A stretch of DNA of 35,900 bases from a virus (Duplodnaviria > Caudoviricetes): positions 1 through 35,900 of IMG/VR virus record IMGVR_UViG_3300036904_000005, one strand, 5' to 3'. The position numbers and the translations under genes were made by a program. A model generated the notes under the pieces. That model had not been told where the DNA came from. It ran no database searches and saw only the letters and a list, made by a program, of their open reading frames with translations. Below, one piece after another: positions 26,048 through 33,550 of the stretch (position 1 is its first letter; the number at the start of each line of letters is the position of its first letter).

Positions 26048-27262
26048 TTACTTGCCGCCGGCAAAGGCGCTGAGACCGGCCAGGATGTTCCCTATGTCGT
26101 TATCGAGTTGACCACCGTTGGCCGGCGGAGTGGGCTCTACGACGACCGGAGCGGGCGTCTCGACCACAGGCTTGGCCTTGCGGGGCTTCGGCGCTGCCGG
26201 GGGCGCAGCGGCCGCTGCCGCGAACGGGTTCGGAGGCGGCTGACCGTTCGGGTTGAACGGCTGCACCACGGCGCCGTGCATCCCCGGAGGGGGCGGTGCG
26301 ACAGGCGTTGCTGCGAAGACCGTAGGGCCTTCCTGCACGGGCGCAGGGGCGGGCGGGGGCGGCGGGGGCGGGGGTGCCATCTGCACCGGGGGCGGTGCGA
26401 CCGGAGCGGCCACGGGGGCCGCCACAGGCGCCTGCACGGGCACGGACACCACCGGCTCCTGCTCGAAGCTGCCAGGGGCTCCGGCGACCGGAGCGTGAGC
26501 GGCCTCGGCCACCACGTCGTTGTCGGCGAGGACCGCCGCGACAGAGTCCGATTCGAACATCTGCTCGACCGCTTCAAGTTCGGTGTCGTTCAGCGGACGA
26601 ATCCCCTGGAACACCGGCTTCGGATGGCTCGCATCCATCTCGAAGCTGAACCGTACTGCCACGGTGTTGTACGGATAGCCGCGCGCCTTGAGGGCGTCGG
26701 CCATCGTGCTCAGCGATTTGAGCGACGACGGTGGCACACGGAACAGCATCGCGCCGCCCATGGAGCCGTTGAGGATGTCGCCGAGCGGGACCACTGCCAG
26801 CTTCTTGGTATCGCGGCACGCCTTCTGCTTGACACCGTTCTCGCCAATGAGAGAGCCCCACTGGTTCTTCGGGCAGAGCGCGCACTGCGTGGCGAACGGC
26901 TTCTCGATCTCCTGCGACGGCACCTTGCCATCCAAGCTGTAGCAGTCGGGCTTCGAGTTCGAACCCTCGGCATACTTGCCCGCGTAGAACTGCTTGTTGA
27001 GGAACGGGTTGGCCTTGATGATCACCATCTCAAGCGACGGCACCGGCTCGTTCTGTCCGGTCTCCTGATTGAGCCGTGTGATCGGAGTCTCTTGGCCCTT
27101 GTACTTCACCCGCCACCGACCGCTCTTGATGGACAGGATCGCGTAGGACGACCGGATGCCGCCACCCAGTTCGTCGCCGACGCCACGGGCTGCGAGGGCG
27201 AGGGCACGGCTCGAAGGGCCTGCACCGTTCTCTTGCTGAAACAAAGTAACTTGATTGGACAT
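26048..27262 (-). CDS. Putative single-stranded DNA-binding/annealing protein with Pro/Ala-rich C-terminal tail
   Basis: LSIKSGRWRV, PDCYSLDG, CALCPKNQWGS, KACR...LAV, RVPPSSLK motifs of a phage SSB-like family. Located in the replication block. Confidence 0.6.
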   Translation of the reverse strand: MSNQVTLFQQENGAGPSSRALALAARGVGDELGGGIRSSYAILSIKSGRWRVKYKGQETPITRLNQETGQNEPVPSLEMVIIKANPFLNKQFYAGKYAEGSNSKPDCYSLDGKVPSQEIEKPFATQCALCPKNQWGSLIGENGVKQKACRDTKKLAVVPLGDILNGSMGGAMLFRVPPSSLKSLSTMADALKARGYPYNTVAVRFSFEMDASHPKPVFQGIRPLNDTELEAVEQMFESDSVAAVLADNDVVAEAAHAPVAGAPGSFEQEPVVSVPVQAPVAAPVAAPVAPPPVQMAPPPPPPPPAPAPVQEGPTVFAATPVAPPPPGMHGAVVQPFNPNGQPPPNPFAAAAAAPPAAPKPRKAKPVVETPAPVVVEPTPPANGGQLDNDIGNILAGLSAFAGGK

Positions 27263-27283
27263 GACTGCCTCTGTTGATGGGAA

Positions 27284-27664
27284 CTATGATTTACGGATAT
27301 GGGCGCTGGTCTCTTGCGAGACATGCACGCCAGGGGGTACTTGCTGTGTGGACTCGATGAACTCCTGAACGACCGACTTGCTCACTCGCTTCTCCAGAAA
27401 CATCCATGCGTCGTTCTCTTTGATCCATGCGAGCGTCGCGTCCCAGTCCTTCACAGATACACTGGTATCCGTTTGCAGGAACGCTATTCCGGACTGTCCT
27501 TTAAAATTTGTCAAGCCCTGATTCTGCAATTGCTGCTGGATCCACAACAAACATTTGTTCATCTGATCGTTGAGTGGTGCCAACTCCTCGGCATGTTGTT
27601 TCGCGAGCTTTTCCTTTTGCTCGCGGAGCGTGCGGTACGCTCGAATAACATCGTCGACGTTCAT
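27284..27664 (-). CDS. Conserved phage protein (coiled coil plus beta region), SSB-associated
   Basis: RBS AGGAG. V.DWDA...WI.EN...FLEKRVSK...VPPGV pattern seen in phage replication modules. Confidence 0.75.
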   Translation of the reverse strand: MNVDDVIRAYRTLREQKEKLAKQHAEELAPLNDQMNKCLLWIQQQLQNQGLTNFKGQSGIAFLQTDTSVSVKDWDATLAWIKENDAWMFLEKRVSKSVVQEFIESTQQVPPGVHVSQETSAHIRKS

Positions 27665-27691
27665 ATGAGACTCCTGTGTAGATGTAAAAGT

Positions 27692-27818
27692 GCGGGGTCA
27701 CAACGCAAGGAGGTTGCCCCGAAGGGCGTGAACGCTGCCCCCGCTGCCGGTGTTTTTGCTTACGGGCACGAACCGGCCAATCCCGTCCGAGGCATCCCGG
27801 CTGACCGGGGCCGCTCGG
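27692..27818 (-). ncRNA. Candidate structured cis-regulatory RNA (three adjacent stem-loops)
   Basis: Longest intergenic gap in the window, almost fully paired. Contains a cUUCGg tetraloop on the - (sense) strand. Confidence 0.6.
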
Positions 27819-27825
27819 CTCGGCG

Positions 27826-29367
27826 CTATTCATCTTCAAACAGTTCCAGGAGCGCCCCTTGCGACGATCCCTTTTTGCGGAGCCGACTGTACATGTTGGT
27901 CTCCGCTTTCGTTGCGGTTAAGTTAATGATGTGAGTGTTCTGTGTCTGGCCGCTGCGCGTGATGCGGGCGTTCGCCTGCTCCCATATCTCGTGGCTCGTG
28001 GTCGGCGTCGCCCAGATAATGGTGGACCCCGCTGTGAGCGTCAAGCCGTGGGCCATGGTCTGCGGATGGGCCACGATAACTCTCGGCGAGGAACCCTTCT
28101 GAAAGCCCTGGAAGATCGCATCCCTTACTGACTTAGGGACCTCTCCGTGGATCATGCCCACTTCATATCGCTTCCCCAGAACTCCAGCGATCATCTCCAC
28201 CATGTACCTGAACGACGCGAACACGATTACTTTGCCGGTCGACTGCTCGATGATCTCGAAGATCTGCCTGAACCTGTCGACGCCGCCGATGTAGTGCCCT
28301 TGGCCCGCTTCGTCGTACGCGAACCCTGCCGAGATCTGGAGGAGCTTGCTGTGCTTGACGCCCTCGTTAGCCGCCGTGATCTGGTGGTTGCGGACTTCGA
28401 TGGCAAGCTCGTCGAACATTTCTTTGTAGAGCTTGGCAGCGGCTGGATCGAGGGTGACGGCGCGGGTGCTGTAGGTAGTGGGGGGCAGGTCGAAGCACTG
28501 CTCCCGTGTAAACCTAACCGCCGGTTGAAGGACTCCGTGAACAATGCTTGCAGCTTCTCCTCGCTCAACCCATTTGAACGTCCCGATCTGACGCATGGTT
28601 TGGTCTTTGAAGGCCCTGAAAGAGAACCCAACATTTCCAGGAGTGATGAGGCGTGCTTGGCCATAGGCATCAGTTGGCTCATTCGGCGTTGGTGATCCCG
28701 TGAGTCCCCATGCATAGCTGCTACGCTTAACGATTGGCTCCAGGTTCTTCCAGCGCTTAGCTCGGCTGTTCCGGTACGAAGCAAGTTCGTCAACGATGAC
28801 TGTATCGATGTCAGGTCTCGCAAATAATTCTGCGTGAACGACTTCAACTCCGTCGTGGTTGATAATATAGATGTCAGCGTCGCCCGCAAGGAGCTTAACG
28901 CGTCGCTTTCTATCGCCATACAATACGACCGCCCTTAAGTGTGGAAAGTTTTCAAAGATCTCGTTCTCCCACACCGTGGTGAGAGTAGACAACGGCGCGA
29001 CCACGAGCAGCTTGTGGACCAGTCCTATCGACCGGAGATAATCATAGGCCCACAAAACCGCTCGCGTTTTTCCGACCCCCATTTCAGAGAGTACGTACGC
29101 CCGCTTGGACACAGTACACATGTCCATAGTAGCCCGCTGCGAATCAAATGGCTTACCGCCGCCGAAGTCGTAGTAGGAAAGCGCCGGAGACGGCGCGTTC
29201 AGCCCGAGGTTACGTAGCAGCCGCACCGTCTGCACTTCGTGCGGGACAGCTAGCCACCACGCACCGTCAGCCTCGAACCTTTGCGCAGTAGGGGGTTGCA
29301 AGATTGCTTCCACGTCAGCCCGGTATGGGAGGACGATCTGCTTTGTCTCCGGATATACGCCTAGCAT
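27826..29367 (-). CDS. SNF2-family (SF2) helicase
   Basis: LSEMGVGKT (Walker A), IVDELAS (Walker B), LTGSP, HGLTLT, QANARITRSGQ. ATG 29367 after GGAGAG. Confidence 0.92.
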   Translation of the reverse strand: MLGVYPETKQIVLPYRADVEAILQPPTAQRFEADGAWWLAVPHEVQTVRLLRNLGLNAPSPALSYYDFGGGKPFDSQRATMDMCTVSKRAYVLSEMGVGKTRAVLWAYDYLRSIGLVHKLLVVAPLSTLTTVWENEIFENFPHLRAVVLYGDRKRRVKLLAGDADIYIINHDGVEVVHAELFARPDIDTVIVDELASYRNSRAKRWKNLEPIVKRSSYAWGLTGSPTPNEPTDAYGQARLITPGNVGFSFRAFKDQTMRQIGTFKWVERGEAASIVHGVLQPAVRFTREQCFDLPPTTYSTRAVTLDPAAAKLYKEMFDELAIEVRNHQITAANEGVKHSKLLQISAGFAYDEAGQGHYIGGVDRFRQIFEIIEQSTGKVIVFASFRYMVEMIAGVLGKRYEVGMIHGEVPKSVRDAIFQGFQKGSSPRVIVAHPQTMAHGLTLTAGSTIIWATPTTSHEIWEQANARITRSGQTQNTHIINLTATKAETNMYSRLRKKGSSQGALLELFEDE

Positions 29368-29435
29368 TGGTCTCTCTCCAAATAAGCGAGAGCCAGCTTT
29401 ACTTTTTCGACCCACGCCCGCCGTGTAGGAGTCAT
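29361..29435 (-). CDS. Possible 24-aa micro-ORF (MTPTRRAWVEKVKLALAYLERDQC)
   Basis: ATG overlaps the upstream stop (ATGA) and its TAG overlaps the helicase start. Confidence 0.4.
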   Translation of the reverse strand: MTPTRRAWVEKVKLALAYLERDQC

Positions 29436-29641
29436 TCTTCTTCGGCCTCCGCTTTCGCTTTGGCTTGACCCTTCAAAACGGCGGCGTTGATCTTCTCCAT
29501 CGCCGTCCTCACCATGGACACAATCTCGTCGGGCGAGATCTCGTTGTCCTTGATACACGCAACGAGCAGGTCGATATCACACTCGACCGTGATCACTGCG
29601 CGGGGATGCTTCGCGTCCTTGGTATAAACGACGTGCCTCAT
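29432..29641 (-). CDS. Hypothetical protein
   Basis: 69 aa, ATGA-coupled to the upstream exonuclease, normal codon usage. Confidence 0.65.
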   Translation of the reverse strand: MRHVVYTKDAKHPRAVITVECDIDLLVACIKDNEISPDEIVSMVRTAMEKINAAVLKGQAKAKAEAEEE

Positions 29642-30195
29642 GCGTGGCCGCCGTTCGCCGGCGACGCAGACCCGATCAGCTTACGGGCTGCGATGACTAC
29701 GCGGGCTTGGCTCACTGCATCGTCGACCGGGTTGTGTGCCACGTACGTGCCAGCAAAGGACTTCGGGTCATGGCCCAGCCGCTCGGCCTCGGCGACCAGC
29801 GTACGCATGTCGCGCGGCATCCTGTAATGGATCGGGAACTCGCCAACATCCTTGAGTCGCTTCCACCAAGACTGGAGGATCACGATGTCGAACTGCGGGC
29901 TGTTGGCCCAATACTCGACGACGTTGTGCCGGGCCAGGAAAGTCTTGAGTTGGAACGCGACTGTGAAGTCTTCGAGCTTCCCCTGGAAGCTGAAGTCGCG
30001 GGCTGCGTCGCGGTCCGGATGCAGCCACCAGGCGAGGGTGTCCATGTCCACATGGCCGTGCCAGAACTTGGAATGGATCGCCCAGCCTTCGCTGTCAATC
30101 ACTTCGGTGTCGTTGAAGATCGCAACGCCGATGCTCAGTATACAGGCGTCGTTTCGGGTGCTAAGAGTTTCGAGATCCAACATTGCATGGTTCAT
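29638..30195 (-). CDS. DEDD 3'-5' exonuclease (Rv2179c/DUF5051-like)
   Basis: MLDLETLS...ILSIG, WANSPQFDIVIL, RDMRTL, HNPVDDA motifs. Confidence 0.88.
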   Translation of the reverse strand: MNHAMLDLETLSTRNDACILSIGVAIFNDTEVIDSEGWAIHSKFWHGHVDMDTLAWWLHPDRDAARDFSFQGKLEDFTVAFQLKTFLARHNVVEYWANSPQFDIVILQSWWKRLKDVGEFPIHYRMPRDMRTLVAEAERLGHDPKSFAGTYVAHNPVDDAVSQARVVIAARKLIGSASPANGGHA

Positions 30196-30544
30196 TTACT
30201 TTCCTTGGGTGATCGTTCAACCATTTCTGCGCGGAGCATGACACATAACTGCGCACCGGATACTTGAGCCAGTTCGCAAGTTCTTGGATGTCCAGCCCCG
30301 TCGTGCTTTCTATCAGGAAGAGGGAGTTGCCAGCGTCAACCACGTTGTGCATCGTGCGGGTTTGTCGCACCGTCGGCTCGCCACCGTTGGCTTTGGTCTC
30401 TATGGCTGCATAGAACCCTTGATGGCCCACGTGATAGTCGAGGGCTGGCTCCCCCATTCCATTGCCCACAGGCTTGTGCTTGTAGGACTTCCAATGTTTG
30501 AGCAGCGCATCGACCGCTGCCTTGACGCGGCCCTCGGGAGTCAT
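30161..30544 (-). CDS. VRR-NUC domain nuclease (resolvase-like)
   Basis: MTPEGRVKAAV, GMGEPALDY, AIETKA, PTVRQ motifs. ATG 30544 overlaps the upstream stop. Confidence 0.85.
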   Translation of the reverse strand: MTPEGRVKAAVDALLKHWKSYKHKPVGNGMGEPALDYHVGHQGFYAAIETKANGGEPTVRQTRTMHNVVDAGNSLFLIESTTGLDIQELANWLKYPVRSYVSCSAQKWLNDHPRKVNEPCNVGSRNS

Positions 30545-31035
30545 TCGATGTCCGTCCATTTTTGGTTGCGGCAGTTGCAAGGCCCGCTCTGCCACGTCGG
30601 GCAATCATCCGCATGAGCCCACTCGGGCCGCTGGTCGATGCCCGTCCACTTGTATATACCGCCGCCGCAATCGTTCGTATGAACCCACTCCGGCCGCTGA
30701 TCGGCGATGGCCGCCCGCACCGACTCGCGCTTTCGGTCCGCCTCGATCAGCAGTTGCAACTCGGCCTTCAATCTCCAGATGGCCTTGGCAAGATGGTACT
30801 GCCCGTCGATGTCTTTGTGCGTTCCCATCTTGTGATCCCACATATGCCGGAACGCAGTGTTCAATTGGTCCTTCGACTTCTCTCTGGCCCAGTGCAGCGG
30901 CTGGCCGGGGTTGTGCTGCTCATTCCCCGCGACGGACACAGCCACTTCGGCGAGCGTCGCGTCAGGAAAATACTCGGTGAGGTACGTGAGGATCGGGAGG
31001 GCCTTGCGGGCTTTGTCGTCGGTGGGCAGGCTCAT
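30541..31035 (-). CDS. dATP/dGTP diphosphohydrolase-like protein (DUF5664-type) with duplicated Cys/His tail
   Basis: YFPDA...VSVAGNEQHNPGQPLHWAREKS.D..N...RH......D.DG..HLAKAIWR pattern. Confidence 0.7.
   Translation of the reverse strand: MSLPTDDKARKALPILTYLTEYFPDATLAEVAVSVAGNEQHNPGQPLHWAREKSKDQLNTAFRHMWDHKMGTHKDIDGQYHLAKAIWRLKAELQLLIEADRKRESVRAAIADQRPEWVHTNDCGGGIYKWTGIDQRPEWAHADDCPTWQSGPCNCRNQKWTDIE
30601..30703 (-). repeat. Imperfect 37-bp coding duplication (period 66 nt) encoding DQRPEWxHxxDC twice
   Basis: gcaatcatccgcatgagcccactcgggccgctggtcg versus gcaatcgttcgtatgaacccactccggccgctgatcg. Confidence 0.9.
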
Positions 31036-31253
31036 GCGTGCAGCCTCCGGATCTTGTTGAACATGCGCCGCAGGTAATAGCCGCGCACGATGGCGATCAC
31101 TGTGAAGATCAGCCCCATGTTGAACGCCGCGCCCGCGTGGATCTTAAACCCGAACAGCGGGAGGATCAGCATGTTGGCGCACCAGTTGATCGAGAACCCT
31201 ATTACGATGTTGGCAGCAGTCTCCAACGCTGAGCCCAGTCTGGTCTGACTCAC
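31032..31253 (-). CDS. Small two-TM membrane protein (common phage family)
   Basis: MSQTRLGSALETAANIVIGF...LPLFG...IFTVIAIVRGYYLRRMFN. Coupled at both ends. Confidence 0.8.
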   Translation of the reverse strand: MSQTRLGSALETAANIVIGFSINWCANMLILPLFGFKIHAGAAFNMGLIFTVIAIVRGYYLRRMFNKIRRLHA

Positions 31254-32836
31254 TTAAGCCTCCACTGTCCGTTGACGATAATGATCAGTTGGCGCTTGCC
31301 GTCCGCGTGGAGCAGACAGTGCGCGTTCAGCCACGAACTCGGGCCACCGTTATACTCAAGGCGTAGCCGGGTGCTAGTCCCAACTTGGTAGCATCCTTCT
31401 TCGATAGCCGGACTGTGACTGTGTCCGATGATCGACCGAACTCCGATGCGGCGTAGGTTCTTAGCTGAGCCACGAGAGCCGTTAGGCCCGCGATCCCCAT
31501 GAAGACCAAGCTCAACGCCGCCCAAAACAAAGGATTCGTTTCCACCTAAACACCTGAACCTTTTCGGATCTGCCGCGAGCGACAGCCGACTGTTGAACCA
31601 ATAAGGGAATGGGCTGGGGTACTCCGTGCCACCGTTGCCCATCTTCGTGCCGTTCACCATGGCGAACGCCGTGGCCAGGTAGAAGCTAGCATTGGTGGGG
31701 TCCGCCCGCCAATCCGTGTTCACCACCCAGCGCCGCAAGAAGTCGTCGTGATTCGAAGCGACCACTACTGACCGACAGTTGTCAGGAGTGTGGTCGCGAA
31801 TGTAGTCAATGGCCCTGAACGTCTCGGCCTTCACGTCGTCTCGCCCGGTCTGCCGCTTGGCGATAGCGTTGAACGCGTTGCCGAAGTGATGCGGGTTCGC
31901 CGAGTATCCGTCCAGCACGTCGTGCCAGATCTTGTGCTCGGGCTCCAGCATCGCGCAGATCTCGTCGGTCGCCGCCTCGACCTTCGGATCTATGAAGTCA
32001 ACATGCGTATCGCCCATAACCAGAGCGAGAGGGCGGGGAGCACGACGGACGCCAGTAGATGTGTAGCGCGTCTCAAGGTCCGTGAACGAACGGGTCTTCT
32101 TGTCGAAGTTGACATGCCTGATATGGAATATGGGACCGTCAATCTCGACGATGATCGCCGCGAGCGCATGGTGAAACTCTCCCTTTTTTCCGGCCTTACT
32201 GTCGGTGTAGTTCTGAAGCGTGCACGCCCCCGTGGTCGTGATGATCTTCGCCATCTTCCCGGAGGGTGTGGCGACTGATCGCAGTTGGAGCTTGGTGTGC
32301 GCAACGATGCATGACTCCGCGCCGGAGATACTCTCAAACCCTGATAGCGGGTCGCTGGCAGTCGGCTGCGTCTTCACGTCGCCGAGCAGCACCAAGTTCT
32401 TGTTCAGCGGCGCCCGCACGTTCCACAGATACGGCTGGACCTCGACGGCCCACTCCTCTGCGTTCTTCTGCGACAGCGTCCATCGCGACGTTGGGTTCTT
32501 GTACCTGATCGGTATTACCAACAACTCCGCTTGAAGGGCCTTGCGGGCTGTGATCAAACACCCCCATAAGTCCTTGTGGACCGGCGTCGCGTTCTGCGCA
32601 GCAGTGATGATGTACGTCTGCGTGCCTTCGCGGAGCGGCCGCTTGAACACGGCGGGGCGCTTGGACTTGTTGCCGCTGCGATCCGTCGCGGGCGCGCTGG
32701 GGTTGGTCGTCGAGTAGCAGTACGCCCGTGGCGCGGAGCCCGACCTACACTCCCAGCGTTGCTTCCCCGACTGGGCTTTCTGGCCGCGCGTCAGGTTCTT
32801 TCCGCACTTTGGGCAATCGTACTTTGGGTTTTCCAT
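31250..32836 (-). CDS. T5 A1-like protein: N-terminal Zn ribbon plus calcineurin-like metallophosphoesterase
   Basis: CPKCG...SGKQRWEC...C; IITAAQNATPVH; GDTH, HDVLDG, SNHDD, HGD and GHSH metal motifs; C-terminal YQVGTS...EYNGGPSSW. Confidence 0.8.
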   Translation of the reverse strand: MENPKYDCPKCGKNLTRGQKAQSGKQRWECRSGSAPRAYCYSTTNPSAPATDRSGNKSKRPAVFKRPLREGTQTYIITAAQNATPVHKDLWGCLITARKALQAELLVIPIRYKNPTSRWTLSQKNAEEWAVEVQPYLWNVRAPLNKNLVLLGDVKTQPTASDPLSGFESISGAESCIVAHTKLQLRSVATPSGKMAKIITTTGACTLQNYTDSKAGKKGEFHHALAAIIVEIDGPIFHIRHVNFDKKTRSFTDLETRYTSTGVRRAPRPLALVMGDTHVDFIDPKVEAATDEICAMLEPEHKIWHDVLDGYSANPHHFGNAFNAIAKRQTGRDDVKAETFRAIDYIRDHTPDNCRSVVVASNHDDFLRRWVVNTDWRADPTNASFYLATAFAMVNGTKMGNGGTEYPSPFPYWFNSRLSLAADPKRFRCLGGNESFVLGGVELGLHGDRGPNGSRGSAKNLRRIGVRSIIGHSHSPAIEEGCYQVGTSTRLRLEYNGGPSSWLNAHCLLHADGKRQLIIIVNGQWRLK

Positions 32837-33299
32837 TGCTGAGTCTCATGGTGGTGACGGGAGGCCCCGAGTAATGATCGATACGGCACGCGATCTCGAC
32901 GGCCTTCGCGGCCGAGGCGCCCATATGCATAGCAGCCAGCGCGGCCTTCGCGCCTGACCCCACCGAATAAAACTCGTCCAGGATCTTGATGCCACGACAG
33001 TAGGCATCGAACTCCCAGAGCCCATCGCGTTGGAGTACCAGACAGGTGAAGTCGGCCTCTCCAGTCAAGAAGGTATCGACAGGTGCATCTTTGCCGCTGC
33101 CGTACCAATCAACGAACACCATGCCGGGGCTTGACTCCCCGGCAGTGGCGATGATCACTTCCTGCTCTACGCCGTTCAGCGTGACGATCTTGCGGAACAA
33201 CTTCTCACAGAGAAACATGCGGGCGCCGCCGCCTTCAGTCTCAAGGGTGGTGCGACTGTCAGCCGCGATCACCCCGTTCCGATAGGCGATGGTTGTCAC
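32745..33299 (-). CDS. Ntn-hydrolase, HslV/proteasome beta-subunit-like peptidase
   Basis: GTG start at 33299 (GTGA overlap) gives M-TTIAY...AADSRTT...K...AG...SVGSGA..A..AM..GA.A..AV.IA...D..SG, with an N-terminal Thr nucleophile. Confidence 0.85.
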   Translation of the reverse strand: MTTIAYRNGVIAADSRTTLETEGGGARMFLCEKLFRKIVTLNGVEQEVIIATAGESSPGMVFVDWYGSGKDAPVDTFLTGEADFTCLVLQRDGLWEFDAYCRGIKILDEFYSVGSGAKAALAAMHMGASAAKAVEIACRIDHYSGPPVTTMRLSNGKPKVRLPKVRKEPDARPESPVGEATLGV

Positions 33300-33550
33300 T
33301 GAGCTTCTCCCAATAGCATCCCGATAGTGCTGGTCGCGCGTAGTAGATCCGCCTGGATCGCAAGCTCGCAGTGATTGGCTTGGATCTTGTTCAACATCCC
33401 GCCGAGGATCTTCGCCCACCACGCGGGGTTGGGCTTGCGGAGTTCCAGCCCGCACATCGACGAGATCGTCACGTCGTAGTTGCGCCAGATGATCGTGCAG
33501 CAGACGATGTCGACTGCGCGGGCCAGCACCGTGACGTATGCGTTGTTCAT
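33296..33550 (-). CDS. Hypothetical phage protein
   Basis: ATGA-coupled. D......TISS..G......W......L......HC..AI pattern seen in small phage proteins. Confidence 0.7.
   Translation of the reverse strand: MNNAYVTVLARAVDIVCCTIIWRNYDVTISSMCGLELRKPNPAWWAKILGGMLNKIQANHCELAIQADLLRATSTIGMLLGEAQ

Noticed and set aside
27746-27790. Resemblance to twister/pistol ribozymes or a preQ1 riboswitch
   Set aside because: Only short words match and the required conserved cores and topology could not be assembled by eye. Kept only as an unclassified structured RNA.
33300-33455. N-terminal extensions from the ORF track (also 2082, 5458, 7823, 11665, 12613, 30604, 34550 starts)
   Set aside because: Downstream starts with an RBS or stop/start overlap fit better. 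The extensions overlap neighbouring genes or the terminator.
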